Shown here: positions 20,764-29,691 of the stretch, one piece after another
How positions within the stretch are numbered: the stretch's first letter is position 1
Layout: each line of letters begins with the position of its first letter
From: a virus
DNA length: 39,981 nucleotides
Direction: 5' to 3' (one strand)
IMG/VR virus record: IMGVR_UViG_3300009285_000029
Translations under genes and position numbers: made by a program
The notes under the pieces: generated by a model
Seen by the model: the letters and a program-made list of their open reading frames with translations, nothing else
What the model was told of the DNA's origin: nothing
The model's database searches: none

Positions 20764-23700
20764 ATGGTAAGCTCCTATCAGCAACAGCAGCAAAGAAAGA
20801 TAAAGGGCCTTTACGATGACACGCTTTACGGACAGCGGCTGTCTTTGTCGGGCGCAGCTGGCAGAACGTCCGAAACCCCCACGCTTTCCGCGGCCTCCAA
20901 GGCTAAACTTTCATCTGCGGTTGCCGGGACCGTCTCTCAGCCCAAACGACCTCCTCCTGGCTACGACAAGCTAACCCCGCTCGAACAATCGTTCTCTGAG
21001 ATATTTCCGGGTATTGCTCCCTGGATTTTGCGTGGGACCGGCGCGGTGGGCGGAGGGGTACTTGGCTTTGCCGTGGGAGGCCCGGTTGGGGCTGTCGTGG
21101 GAGGAGCGGCGGGCGCAACATTCATCGAGTCCATTCTGGACACGAAGGTTGGTGATTGGCTATTCAAGGGGTTGGATTACGGGGCAGAAGTTACAGAAAA
21201 AGCCATAGGGACGGCCTACCTCATCGCCAACGACGACCAGTTGGAGGCGCTGAGGGGGACACAAATGAAGGGCACAAGCTCGCTGGCCTGGCTTGACATC
21301 GCTACAGATCCAAAAAAGCGAGCACTTTTCCTTTCGGCCTGGCGAGCCTCCAGCATGTTCTACGAGAGCATCGCCCCGAAGGACGTTGGGGGATTGCTCA
21401 AAGTCAGTCAGGCGCTTGGCGGCTTCGAGCAGTTCTCCCCCTTCGCCTCGGAAGAAGAAAAAGAACAAGTCCGTATAGAGCAGCAGGAGATATGGGGTGA
21501 GTGGGACACGTATTGGGGCGAACAGAAAGAGCACTGGCGGAAGGTGTTTGCCGGTGAACCGCTGCCTGACATCGGCGGCCTGCCGCAGCTTATCGCCATG
21601 CGTGAGCAGATATTCAGCGGGCGCGACCCCGATGAGGTATTGACGGAATACCAGCAATCCCTCGGCATGCTCGCCTTCCGCGGGCAAATGTTCGACAGCC
21701 TGGGCCATATCGTCGCCGATCCCATAAACTTCATTATGCCCAAACTAAAGCCGGTCGAGAAAGGCAAGGCTCTCACCGAATACGTGCTCGCCGCCAGGAA
21801 GGCGCCGCAGGTGACGCAGGCGGTGGATGACATCAAGCGGGCCCAGAAACTCTTCCTCGCCGCCGAGGACGTGGCCGAGAAATCGCGCCTGGCCGATGAC
21901 ATGGTGAGAATTGCCGATAGCCTGGAGACAGCCACCTTCAGCAAGATCGACGAACTCTCGGACATCACCCTGGGGCTAAAGAAAGCGGTGGAGAGCGGCG
22001 AGGGCTTGGACAAAGCGATTGGCAGGCTGGACGACATCATGCGCCGCTTCGACGAGGTGAAGGACGCCTCGCTGATGGAGCGCAAGGTGGCGGCGCTGTT
22101 TGGTGGAGACCCGCTCAACCCCCCGGATTACTACTTCAAGCTCACCAATGCCACAAAGAACATTCCTCTTGGGTCCCGCCTCGTGGGCGGCGTGCTGCGC
22201 TTTTTCACTCTCACCTCCGAATCGAGAGCGCGCATTTTCGTGAACAACATCTCGGACACGCTGCGCATCATCACCGCCGAGGGCAACATTGCAGACCCCA
22301 GGACGCCGTACCTGTGGGTGCAGAATTTCGCCAAAGGCGCGGCAGGGGCATTTGGAGACAGGCTGGGGCATATGTTCATCACCCCCGTGGGCAGGCACGT
22401 GCAGGCGGTTCTCAAAGCCTCGATGACCAAATTTGCCGAGGCCCTCACCGCCTACGACGCCCTCAAGACGCAGCGGGAAATGGCTTACACCATCGCCCGC
22501 TTGCTGGACGACAGCCCCGGCAACATTGTCAAGATGCTGCAAGCGGGCGAGTCCAACGCCGTGTTCCAGAGGCTGACGAAACTGGTGGGCACGCAGCCGG
22601 GCGTGAAGCTGCTGGACGACATCGGAGCGGGGCTGGTCAAGCAGCAAGACTTGGTGAAGCTGGGCGAGATACTGCGCTCGACAAAGAACAACATCATTCC
22701 CTGGACGCCAGAACTGCTGCGCGGCAAGATGCTCTCGGACATGCTGGAAGTGGCGGCAAAACTGGCGGAGACGCAGTTTGGGGTGAAAGAGATAGGCATA
22801 TTCAGGAAAGCAACCGAGGCCATGAAGTCGGTCGAGAGCCTGCTGCTGCTGGGCTTGAACGGGCTTTACCCGGTCAACAACTTCTTCAACGGCGAACTGA
22901 CCATGATCGCCCGCGGACTGTTCAACATGATGACCACCGATCAGGCACTGAAATATTGGGATGAGGCAGTTGGCTTCCGGCCCTCCAATCTGATGAAAGG
23001 CTTCGGTATCTCTGGCGAGGAAGCCATAGCAGGGGTATCGGACATCGAAAAGGCTGCCATGAAAATCCTGGATGACGCACGCTGGGGAGATAACCAGAAG
23101 TTCCTCAAGACCGTCAGGGATGCGGCCAGGAAACCCAAGCTGGCTCGATCTATAGCGGCAATAACGGAGTCGAGGCAACGCCTGCGCGCCACCACCTCCG
23201 CACACATGAAAGTCTTTCCGCAGATCAAGAAGGGGATGATCTCGGGGATGGACGTGGCTGAACCGGGTTTGCGGGAGGCGCTGAACATCGGCGACCCCAA
23301 TCTGGCGCGGGCCTTCGAGGAGGCCGTGCAGTCCTCGCTTTCCGTGAACGACATCGGCAAACTCCGCCAGACGAAGAACCTGAACTGGAACGTGGAGAGC
23401 ATCATCCGGCAGGCGGGAGAGCAGTTGGGGATGCCGACCGAGACCCTGCGAATGTTCCTGGGCGAGGAGGTGCTGGAGGGATTGCGGCGTGTGGTGGACG
23501 ACATCAAGTTGAACCCCACCGCCGAACGCATTTCCTCCGGCATCAGCGACATGAAGCGCACCTTTCAGGATGGACTGGAGGCGGCTTACGTCAGGGAACT
23601 CGAATACCGCGCCGCCGAGTACGCGGCCAAGATCGAGACCGAAGGCATTCACGGCGTGGCGATGGTGTATGGCGAGGTGGCCGATTCCATCTTCGCCCGC

Positions 23701-26700
23701 CAGGTGGCGCACACCATGCGCCTCGACGAGCAGGTGCCGAAAATCCTGGACATCGAGAACGCGGCCCTGCGCAACAGCGCGTGGAAGGGCATCCTGGGGG
23801 ACAGCGACATCGCCTGGCGTAGAACCTGGCAATTCCAGGAAGCGGCGTTCAAGGGCATTGCCGATGGCTTGAAGGGGCGCGGGGCAAAGCTCACTCAGGA
23901 CTTCACCGACGGTTTTCGCTCGCTGAAAAAGACCACCGGCGATTTCATCACCAAGCGCAACAAACTGTGGGACGACTTCTTCGAGGACATCGTAGCCAAA
24001 AAATTCCCCGATGACTTTTCGAGGTTTGCCCGCGGGGACGAGATCCGCGAGATTTTGACGAAGGAATACCAGAACCTCATCGAGACAACCGAGCGCGCCT
24101 ACCTGAAGATGGACACGGTGGTGGTGAACAGCTTCCGTGACCCGCGCCTGCGCTCGCAGGTGAGCATGTGGCGCAGCACCATCCGGCGCATGCGCATCGC
24201 AGACATGGAGAGCATGGCCGATTTCCGCGGCGTGCTTGCGGGCGTTCCGAGAGCGGAGCAGGCGGCGATGTGGAGGGACTACAACTTCGCACGCCGCCGC
24301 GTGTGGGCCAACATCAACCTGCTCGAAAACGCGGGCCGGCGCATGGTGGCCGGAGACCCCGAGGCGCTGCGCATGTTCTCACAGGTTCAGGACTTGCCTC
24401 TGTTTCAGGCCAGGGCTGCCGAAGCCGTGGAGCAGGCCGAGAGATTGTCCCTGCGTAAGCTTGACCCCGTGCAGCAGAGCGACATCTTCCGGCAGGCCGA
24501 ACTCGGGTTTGCCGATACGCCTGTCTCCGAACTGCCGCCCGATTTGAGAACAGCCTTGCAATTCCAGATCGAAGAAATGATGAGTGATATGACCATCGCC
24601 AAGCCAGGGCGGAGGATCATGGATTACGACGTGGCTGGACGGGGTGGCTTGTCGGAGGTAAGTGGCATCTCGTCTAGCTACCCGTATTGGTACAGCGAAC
24701 TCAACCCCTACCTGCGATTGGCGGACGGGACTGTGCTGCGCGGCAAGGCCGCCGTGGAAGAGGCGCTGAACATACTCGTGCGCGGCGAGGGAGATACGGG
24801 CTACTCGATATTCGGGGAGCTGCGCAGGATCGCCTTCCGCGAACTGGCGGACGGCGGGTTGCCCGAGGATTTCTGGAAGGTGATGGACGAGATTGGTGAG
24901 GAGGGCGTTTCCCTGGTGCCGCTTTCTAGGGCGGGGGAAATGGATAACTTTGTTGATGCCATAAAACAAGCTGATATTCAGATTGCTCGTAAGGGCATTG
25001 AGAGTTTGAAGGGAGAAGAATTTCGTCGAGCCTCCGAATTACTATTAGAACATGGCTTACCGAGTGAAAATGAACGCCTCAATCAACTAATCAACAATCT
25101 TAGTGAAACTCTTGCGAAGCTCAACAAGGCTGGGGCAGACCCCCAACTACTTAAATTAGCCTCACAACAGATTTCTGATATTCGTAGCCATTTTCAAACA
25201 GTTTTGGATCGTGTTCAACGCAGAAAATTTTTGGGGAAGGCGACAGACATGGGAGCGCGCAAGCCACCCGTGCAGCCTATCAAAGACACAGAACCTTTCA
25301 TGGCCGATTTCGACAGCCTGGTGGGGCGCATCGAGGCGCGGCAGGCGGGAATAGACGAGGTGTGGTTCGAGTTCACCGCGCCGATGGTGGACGAGGTCGA
25401 GCGCCGCCTACTGGCAATGCTGGACGAGAAGCCAACCAGCATTGCAAAATTGCCCGCCGCTACACAAGCGCAGCTTGACCGCTACCTCAACCGCGCCACC
25501 GGAGAACTGCGCAACGCCCAACTCGTTTCCTCCAGGTTGTCCGAGAAGATGGCGGATGGCGTGATGCTCAACTACAGCAGGCAATACGGCTTCGACGTGG
25601 CGATGGGCTATGCCGCTCCCTTCCCCTACTGGTGGACACACTCGATTGCCTCCTGGCTGGTCAATTCGGTGGACAGACCGGCGATGCTTTCCACCTATTT
25701 CAAGATGGAAAGGTTTCTCAACGAGGTCGTGGGAGACAAAGAGAATTTCCCCAGCCGCCTGCGGGGGCGGGTAAAGATCAGCCTGCCCTTCGTACCCGAG
25801 GAATTCGGGGAAATCTGGTTGGACCCGGGGCGCATGTTCGGCCTGCCGTTTGAGCAATTCTTCGACCCCTACGTGAACCTGATGCGGGAGAACGAGAGCA
25901 TGCAGTACCGCATCGGGGTCACGCTGGGGCAGATGGTCGAGTCCGGTGCAATCACCCAGCAGCAATACGCCAACGCACTATCTGGGAATGACCCCGCGCT
26001 CTACGACCGCGCCAAAGGCATCGTACTCGACCAGGACAGCACGCAGCAATACGACGTCATGGACTTTATGAGCATGAGCACCAGCGCGCACCTGCCCTAT
26101 CAGATCGCCTGGAACATCCTCAAAGGCAGGCCGGAGCGCATTGGCCCATTGCCGTTTACGCGCACGCTAAAAGGGGTGGCCGGACTGTTGGGAATCAAGG
26201 TGGGAGCGGAGGGAGTGGACAAATGGGGCAACATGCGCGAGAGCATCGGACTGCCATACTTTGACGAGTTTGAACGTTACCGTGTGCGCCGCGAATTGTC
26301 CAACATGACCGCCGAGGGCATCATTGACTCCGACACCGCCATACGCGCCATGATCGAGGAGGAGGGCGAGTGGTATCTGTATGCGCTCGACCGCGTGAAC
26401 AAGCAGCAGGGCTTCTCCACGCTGCTGCGCATGGTGGGCTTGCCCACGCTTCCTTACCCTGAAGGTGAGAAGGCATTGAGGGCGAAGAAGGACGAGTTCG
26501 AGGCCGCCATGCGAGCCTGGGATGCGGGCAACGTGGATGCCGCCACAACCTTCTTCGATGAGAACCCGGACTACCTCACGCGGCTGGCAATCGGGAAAGA
26601 ACCCGAGGAGCAGATGCAGAGGTTCACCGTTGACCTGCTGTGGGATGCCTATAATAATCTCTCATCGGTGGACAAGAGGATTGCCCGCGAGGCCCTGGGC

Positions 26701-27492
26701 GAGGAGTTCCAGACCAAGTTCCTCGATAAGGATACGCGCAACACCGACTCCATCCCCGTCGAGAAACTGTCGGGCTGGCTGAAGATGCTGGGAGGACAGC
26801 CTATTGGCAGCCTGGGCGAGGACGCCGTCCCCATCGAACTCGCGCCGCCTGAGATTGCGAACCTCACGCAGGCTTTCTACGACCGCCGCAGCCTTGATTT
26901 CCCCGACTGGTTCCAATTGCAGCAGGATTACTTCGCCCTCCCCGAAGGCGAGAAGAGGGACGAATTCCTACAGGAAAACCCGGCCCTGAAAGATTATTGG
27001 GCGTGGCGCGACGATTTCATGCGCCGCAACCCGAAGACGATTCCCTATCTCAACGACGACCCGGATAAGGAGATACGCGACCTCACGGTTGGCTCGATAT
27101 GGGACATCTATATGAACCTCTCCTCGGTGGACAAACGCAGCGTGAGGGAGGCTTTCGGGGATGAGTTCGTGAGCAAGTTCCTCGACCGCGACACCAGGAA
27201 CTACAACGCCATAGACATCGAAACCCTCTCCGGTTGGTTGGAGGAGCTTGGCGGGCAGTCACTCACCGGCGCTTCCGCGGAATCGCTTGCGCCCTCCCTC
27301 TCCACCGAGGAAATCCTGTCTCGCCTCTACTTTGTCGGAGGCTATGAACTGGTCAATCAGGTCACGGATTACGTCCAGGGAGGCAGGCTTGCGCCCCAGG
27401 TTTTGGAGGCTTTGCAGGAGATTGCGGAGGCCCTCGGGATTGACATCGACAGCTTGCTAGAAGAATTGAGCATGGTGCTGGTATTGCAATGA
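20764..27492 (+). CDS. Giant protein (2,242 aa) of unknown function, candidate head-internal/ejection (cargo) protein
   Basis: Single uninterrupted ORF whose ATG abuts the upstream TAG. It has a glycine-zipper hydrophobic segment (aa about 92-121) and a duplicated C-terminal module. It sits between the portal and scaffold genes. Confidence 0.85.
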   Translation: MVSSYQQQQQRKIKGLYDDTLYGQRLSLSGAAGRTSETPTLSAASKAKLSSAVAGTVSQPKRPPPGYDKLTPLEQSFSEIFPGIAPWILRGTGAVGGGVLGFAVGGPVGAVVGGAAGATFIESILDTKVGDWLFKGLDYGAEVTEKAIGTAYLIANDDQLEALRGTQMKGTSSLAWLDIATDPKKRALFLSAWRASSMFYESIAPKDVGGLLKVSQALGGFEQFSPFASEEEKEQVRIEQQEIWGEWDTYWGEQKEHWRKVFAGEPLPDIGGLPQLIAMREQIFSGRDPDEVLTEYQQSLGMLAFRGQMFDSLGHIVADPINFIMPKLKPVEKGKALTEYVLAARKAPQVTQAVDDIKRAQKLFLAAEDVAEKSRLADDMVRIADSLETATFSKIDELSDITLGLKKAVESGEGLDKAIGRLDDIMRRFDEVKDASLMERKVAALFGGDPLNPPDYYFKLTNATKNIPLGSRLVGGVLRFFTLTSESRARIFVNNISDTLRIITAEGNIADPRTPYLWVQNFAKGAAGAFGDRLGHMFITPVGRHVQAVLKASMTKFAEALTAYDALKTQREMAYTIARLLDDSPGNIVKMLQAGESNAVFQRLTKLVGTQPGVKLLDDIGAGLVKQQDLVKLGEILRSTKNNIIPWTPELLRGKMLSDMLEVAAKLAETQFGVKEIGIFRKATEAMKSVESLLLLGLNGLYPVNNFFNGELTMIARGLFNMMTTDQALKYWDEAVGFRPSNLMKGFGISGEEAIAGVSDIEKAAMKILDDARWGDNQKFLKTVRDAARKPKLARSIAAITESRQRLRATTSAHMKVFPQIKKGMISGMDVAEPGLREALNIGDPNLARAFEEAVQSSLSVNDIGKLRQTKNLNWNVESIIRQAGEQLGMPTETLRMFLGEEVLEGLRRVVDDIKLNPTAERISSGISDMKRTFQDGLEAAYVRELEYRAAEYAAKIETEGIHGVAMVYGEVADSIFARQVAHTMRLDEQVPKILDIENAALRNSAWKGILGDSDIAWRRTWQFQEAAFKGIADGLKGRGAKLTQDFTDGFRSLKKTTGDFITKRNKLWDDFFEDIVAKKFPDDFSRFARGDEIREILTKEYQNLIETTERAYLKMDTVVVNSFRDPRLRSQVSMWRSTIRRMRIADMESMADFRGVLAGVPRAEQAAMWRDYNFARRRVWANINLLENAGRRMVAGDPEALRMFSQVQDLPLFQARAAEAVEQAERLSLRKLDPVQQSDIFRQAELGFADTPVSELPPDLRTALQFQIEEMMSDMTIAKPGRRIMDYDVAGRGGLSEVSGISSSYPYWYSELNPYLRLADGTVLRGKAAVEEALNILVRGEGDTGYSIFGELRRIAFRELADGGLPEDFWKVMDEIGEEGVSLVPLSRAGEMDNFVDAIKQADIQIARKGIESLKGEEFRRASELLLEHGLPSENERLNQLINNLSETLAKLNKAGADPQLLKLASQQISDIRSHFQTVLDRVQRRKFLGKATDMGARKPPVQPIKDTEPFMADFDSLVGRIEARQAGIDEVWFEFTAPMVDEVERRLLAMLDEKPTSIAKLPAATQAQLDRYLNRATGELRNAQLVSSRLSEKMADGVMLNYSRQYGFDVAMGYAAPFPYWWTHSIASWLVNSVDRPAMLSTYFKMERFLNEVVGDKENFPSRLRGRVKISLPFVPEEFGEIWLDPGRMFGLPFEQFFDPYVNLMRENESMQYRIGVTLGQMVESGAITQQQYANALSGNDPALYDRAKGIVLDQDSTQQYDVMDFMSMSTSAHLPYQIAWNILKGRPERIGPLPFTRTLKGVAGLLGIKVGAEGVDKWGNMRESIGLPYFDEFERYRVRRELSNMTAEGIIDSDTAIRAMIEEEGEWYLYALDRVNKQQGFSTLLRMVGLPTLPYPEGEKALRAKKDEFEAAMRAWDAGNVDAATTFFDENPDYLTRLAIGKEPEEQMQRFTVDLLWDAYNNLSSVDKRIAREALGEEFQTKFLDKDTRNTDSIPVEKLSGWLKMLGGQPIGSLGEDAVPIELAPPEIANLTQAFYDRRSLDFPDWFQLQQDYFALPEGEKRDEFLQENPALKDYWAWRDDFMRRNPKTIPYLNDDPDKEIRDLTVGSIWDIYMNLSSVDKRSVREAFGDEFVSKFLDRDTRNYNAIDIETLSGWLEELGGQSLTGASAESLAPSLSTEEILSRLYFVGGYELVNQVTDYVQGGRLAPQVLEALQEIAEALGIDIDSLLEELSMVLVLQ

Positions 27493-27512
27493 AACTTACT
27501 TTGTGCTATGCT
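27484..27512 (+). promoter_or_regulatory. Candidate internal promoter for the scaffold and capsid genes
   Basis: TTGCAA (27484-27489), 17-nt spacer ending in TGc, then TATGCT (27507-27512). Overlaps the stop of the giant gene. Confidence 0.4.
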
Positions 27513-27540
27513 AAATCCACAATTGAATAGGAGATAAAGG

Positions 27541-28209
27541 ATGAGCGAGCAAACGGAGAGCGCCGCCAGGCCTGGTTCGGAGGGAACGCCAACCCCTCAG
27601 TCTCAGGAGCAGGGCGGGACCAGCTCGACTTCGCAGCCGCTTACAGAGGATCGTTTGACCGAAATCCTCGAGGCGCAAGTTGAGAAGCTGGTGCAGAAAC
27701 ACAGCAATAAAGAAACCAGCAGGATCAAGAAAGACGTCGAACGTCTTGACCAGCGCCTCAATGAGGTATCGGTCATCGAGCAGTACGACAAGCTGATCGC
27801 CGAAGGTTTGAAGCCTGAGCAGGCGAAGCGCGAGATCATGCGCGACGCCGAGATTGCGAGGCTAAAAGGCGGACACGAACAGCCTGACGTTGCTGAATCC
27901 GACTGGATTGACAGTGGCATGTTGACCGGCGAGGATGCCCTGAAAGTGGCGAGTTCTGTCCTCTCCAAACTGCCGGAAGAAACCCGTGCGAAGGTGGCCG
28001 CCGAGATCAAAAAAGGCGTCTTCAAAGACGCAAGCGAGGTCATTCCTTTTGCGGGGCAGAAGCTGGCAGAGGTCTTGACCAAGCCCAGCCCCGACGCGGC
28101 CAGCATCGGCCAGAATCCGGGAGGCGGTGGAGGCGAGACCAACCAAATCGAGAACATCACTGATCCGCATACGCTGGGCAAGATGGCCTTCTCTCAGGAG
28201 AAAAAATAG
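27541..28209 (+). CDS. Scaffolding protein
   Basis: 222 aa, acidic, with helical/coiled-coil-looking sequence (EILEAQVEKLVQKHSNKETSRIKKDVERLDQRLNE). AGGAGA RBS. Lies immediately upstream of the capsid gene. Confidence 0.65.
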   Translation: MSEQTESAARPGSEGTPTPQSQEQGGTSSTSQPLTEDRLTEILEAQVEKLVQKHSNKETSRIKKDVERLDQRLNEVSVIEQYDKLIAEGLKPEQAKREIMRDAEIARLKGGHEQPDVAESDWIDSGMLTGEDALKVASSVLSKLPEETRAKVAAEIKKGVFKDASEVIPFAGQKLAEVLTKPSPDAASIGQNPGGGGGETNQIENITDPHTLGKMAFSQEKK

Positions 28210-28232
28210 CGTAGCGGCAAGGAGAAGACAAC

Positions 28233-29213
28233 ATGCCATTCAGTTTGGCAGACTACGCAAAAATCCAAACTGATCCAAAGCGCAAGATGGTGATCACCAA
28301 CATGCTGCGCGAGTCCGCAATTATGGAACTCATGCAGTATGAGAACACCGACACCCTCTCCACGGTACAGGTGCGCTGGAACACGCTGCCATCGGCGGCC
28401 TTCCGCAAGCTGGGAGCCACATACACAGCGAGTGAAGGTTCGTACGACGAGGTGTGGGAAAGCCTGTATGCCCTGGGCGGCCTGATCGAAATCGACCGCG
28501 TGTACGAGAAAGTGCGCAATCCCATCGTCGATCCCCGCGTTGACCAGGTCTTGCAAAAGACCAAGAGCATCATGCTCACGTTCAACGACTACTTCATCAA
28601 CGGCGACCTGGCCGTGGATGAGGACGGGTTCGAGGGGTTGAAGAAACGCATCTCGAACATGCCCAGCCGCCAGACCGTGAGCGCCTCTGGATCAACCGAC
28701 ATCCTCGACCCGACCGCCTCGGCAGCCAACGCCCGCAAGTTCCTGGATAAGTGGGAGGAAGCGGCCTACGCCGCCAACGACAACGACTTCCAGATGATCA
28801 TCTGCAACGAGAAGATGATGTGGGGCTATGGCCGCGTGCTCCGCTACCTGGGAGCCAGTGGTGGCCCTCTGTTCGATACCGCAACGGATTTCTTCGAGCG
28901 CGAGGTGCTCACCTACAAAGGCGCGAGGATCGTGGACATCGGCCTCAAGAAAGACCAGACCACCGAGATCATCACACTGACCGAAGACCCCGGCGACGGG
29001 GGCAACGACGCCACCAGCGTCTACTTCGTCCCCGTCAATCTGGAGGACGGCGTGTTCGGAATCCAGCTTGCGGAGCCGGACATCGAGGAGGGATACAAGG
29101 ACGGCCTGGTGCTTCGGCAGATCCTCGTGGACTGGTTCGTTGGGTTGGCGACGTTCGGAAGCTATGGCCCCACTCGGCTGAAGAACATCGAAACCCCCGC
29201 CAACTGGACGTAA
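28233..29213 (+). CDS. Major capsid protein
   Basis: 326 aa with an AAGGAG RBS. The N-terminus SLADYAKIQTDPKRKMVITNMLRESAIMELMQYEN...LPSAAFRKLGATYTASEG resembles a capsid family I recall (lpf..i.g..y.re..lp.a.fr). Its position after the scaffold gene supports the call. Confidence 0.8.
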   Translation: MPFSLADYAKIQTDPKRKMVITNMLRESAIMELMQYENTDTLSTVQVRWNTLPSAAFRKLGATYTASEGSYDEVWESLYALGGLIEIDRVYEKVRNPIVDPRVDQVLQKTKSIMLTFNDYFINGDLAVDEDGFEGLKKRISNMPSRQTVSASGSTDILDPTASAANARKFLDKWEEAAYAANDNDFQMIICNEKMMWGYGRVLRYLGASGGPLFDTATDFFEREVLTYKGARIVDIGLKKDQTTEIITLTEDPGDGGNDATSVYFVPVNLEDGVFGIQLAEPDIEEGYKDGLVLRQILVDWFVGLATFGSYGPTRLKNIETPANWT

Positions 29214-29225
29214 AGGAGAAATAAC

Positions 29226-29642
29226 ATGATTTCCGATAATGCTCTTGTTTTGCGCTCCAGTTCGGTGGCTGTTCTGACGGCTGACGCAACGATAAGCGCA
29301 AAGCTGATCCCTGGCGGGACGCCCCTGCGCGGGCTTGCCCTGAAGGTGGTCGTGCCTTCCGTGACCGCGCATGGTGGAACTGGCGTGGATAAGCTGGACA
29401 TCACGGTAAGAGCCAGCAGTTCGAGCAACCCAGACTCCAGCGAACGCGTCTCTGCTCACGAGCAGATTACTGCGGCGGGGGCGCATTTCGTCCCCTTTGT
29501 GTTCTTGCCGCCTAAGAAGTACGTGGAGGTCCTCCTCGACGTTACTGCTGGAGAGACGTCGTCCGCACCGAACTTCGGTCGCGTCACTGTTGAAATCGTT
29601 GACGCTGCCTACGACTGGTCCCGCAAACCCAACTGGGGCTAA
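29226..29642 (+). CDS. Putative head decoration/auxiliary capsid protein (138 aa)
   Basis: AAGGAG RBS. Beta-rich, Ser/Thr/Val-rich sequence. Lies between the capsid gene and a strong hairpin. Confidence 0.55.
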   Translation: MISDNALVLRSSSVAVLTADATISAKLIPGGTPLRGLALKVVVPSVTAHGGTGVDKLDITVRASSSSNPDSSERVSAHEQITAAGAHFVPFVFLPPKKYVEVLLDVTAGETSSAPNFGRVTVEIVDAAYDWSRKPNWG

Positions 29643-29651
29643 TAACCACTG

Positions 29652-29679
29652 AGGGCGGGGCGCGAAATCACCCCGCCCT
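29652..29679 (+). terminator. GC-rich hairpin after the capsid genes (terminator or RNA-stability element)
   Basis: AGGGCGGGG (29652-29660) pairs with CCCCGCCCT (29671-29679) across a 10-nt loop. The downstream T-tract is weak (TCTGGAATCATT). Confidence 0.5.
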
Positions 29680-29691
29680 TCTGGAATCATT

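Noticed and set aside
21976-23832. 618-aa antisense ORF inside the giant gene, plus many other long alternative-frame or antisense ORFs in the track (for example 7723..8502, 17611..18294, 18304..19008, 20014..20793, 28692..29792, 32638..33591, 35021..36031)
   Set aside because: They lie wholly inside longer sense-strand genes that carry recognisable motifs or RBSs. Their translations are Arg/Gly/Pro/His-rich, as expected for shadow ORFs in GC-rich DNA. They also lack SD sequences and coupling to neighbours.
20764-27492. Giant ORF as a virion-packaged RNA polymerase (N4 vRNAP or crAss gp66-like), with the element A hairpins as hairpin promoters
   Set aside because: I found no DxDGD/NADFDGD two-barrel motif and no T7-like motif A/B/C pattern. 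The A hairpin has an 11-bp stem and a 4-nt loop, unlike N4 early promoters. The idea is kept only as something a profile search could revisit.
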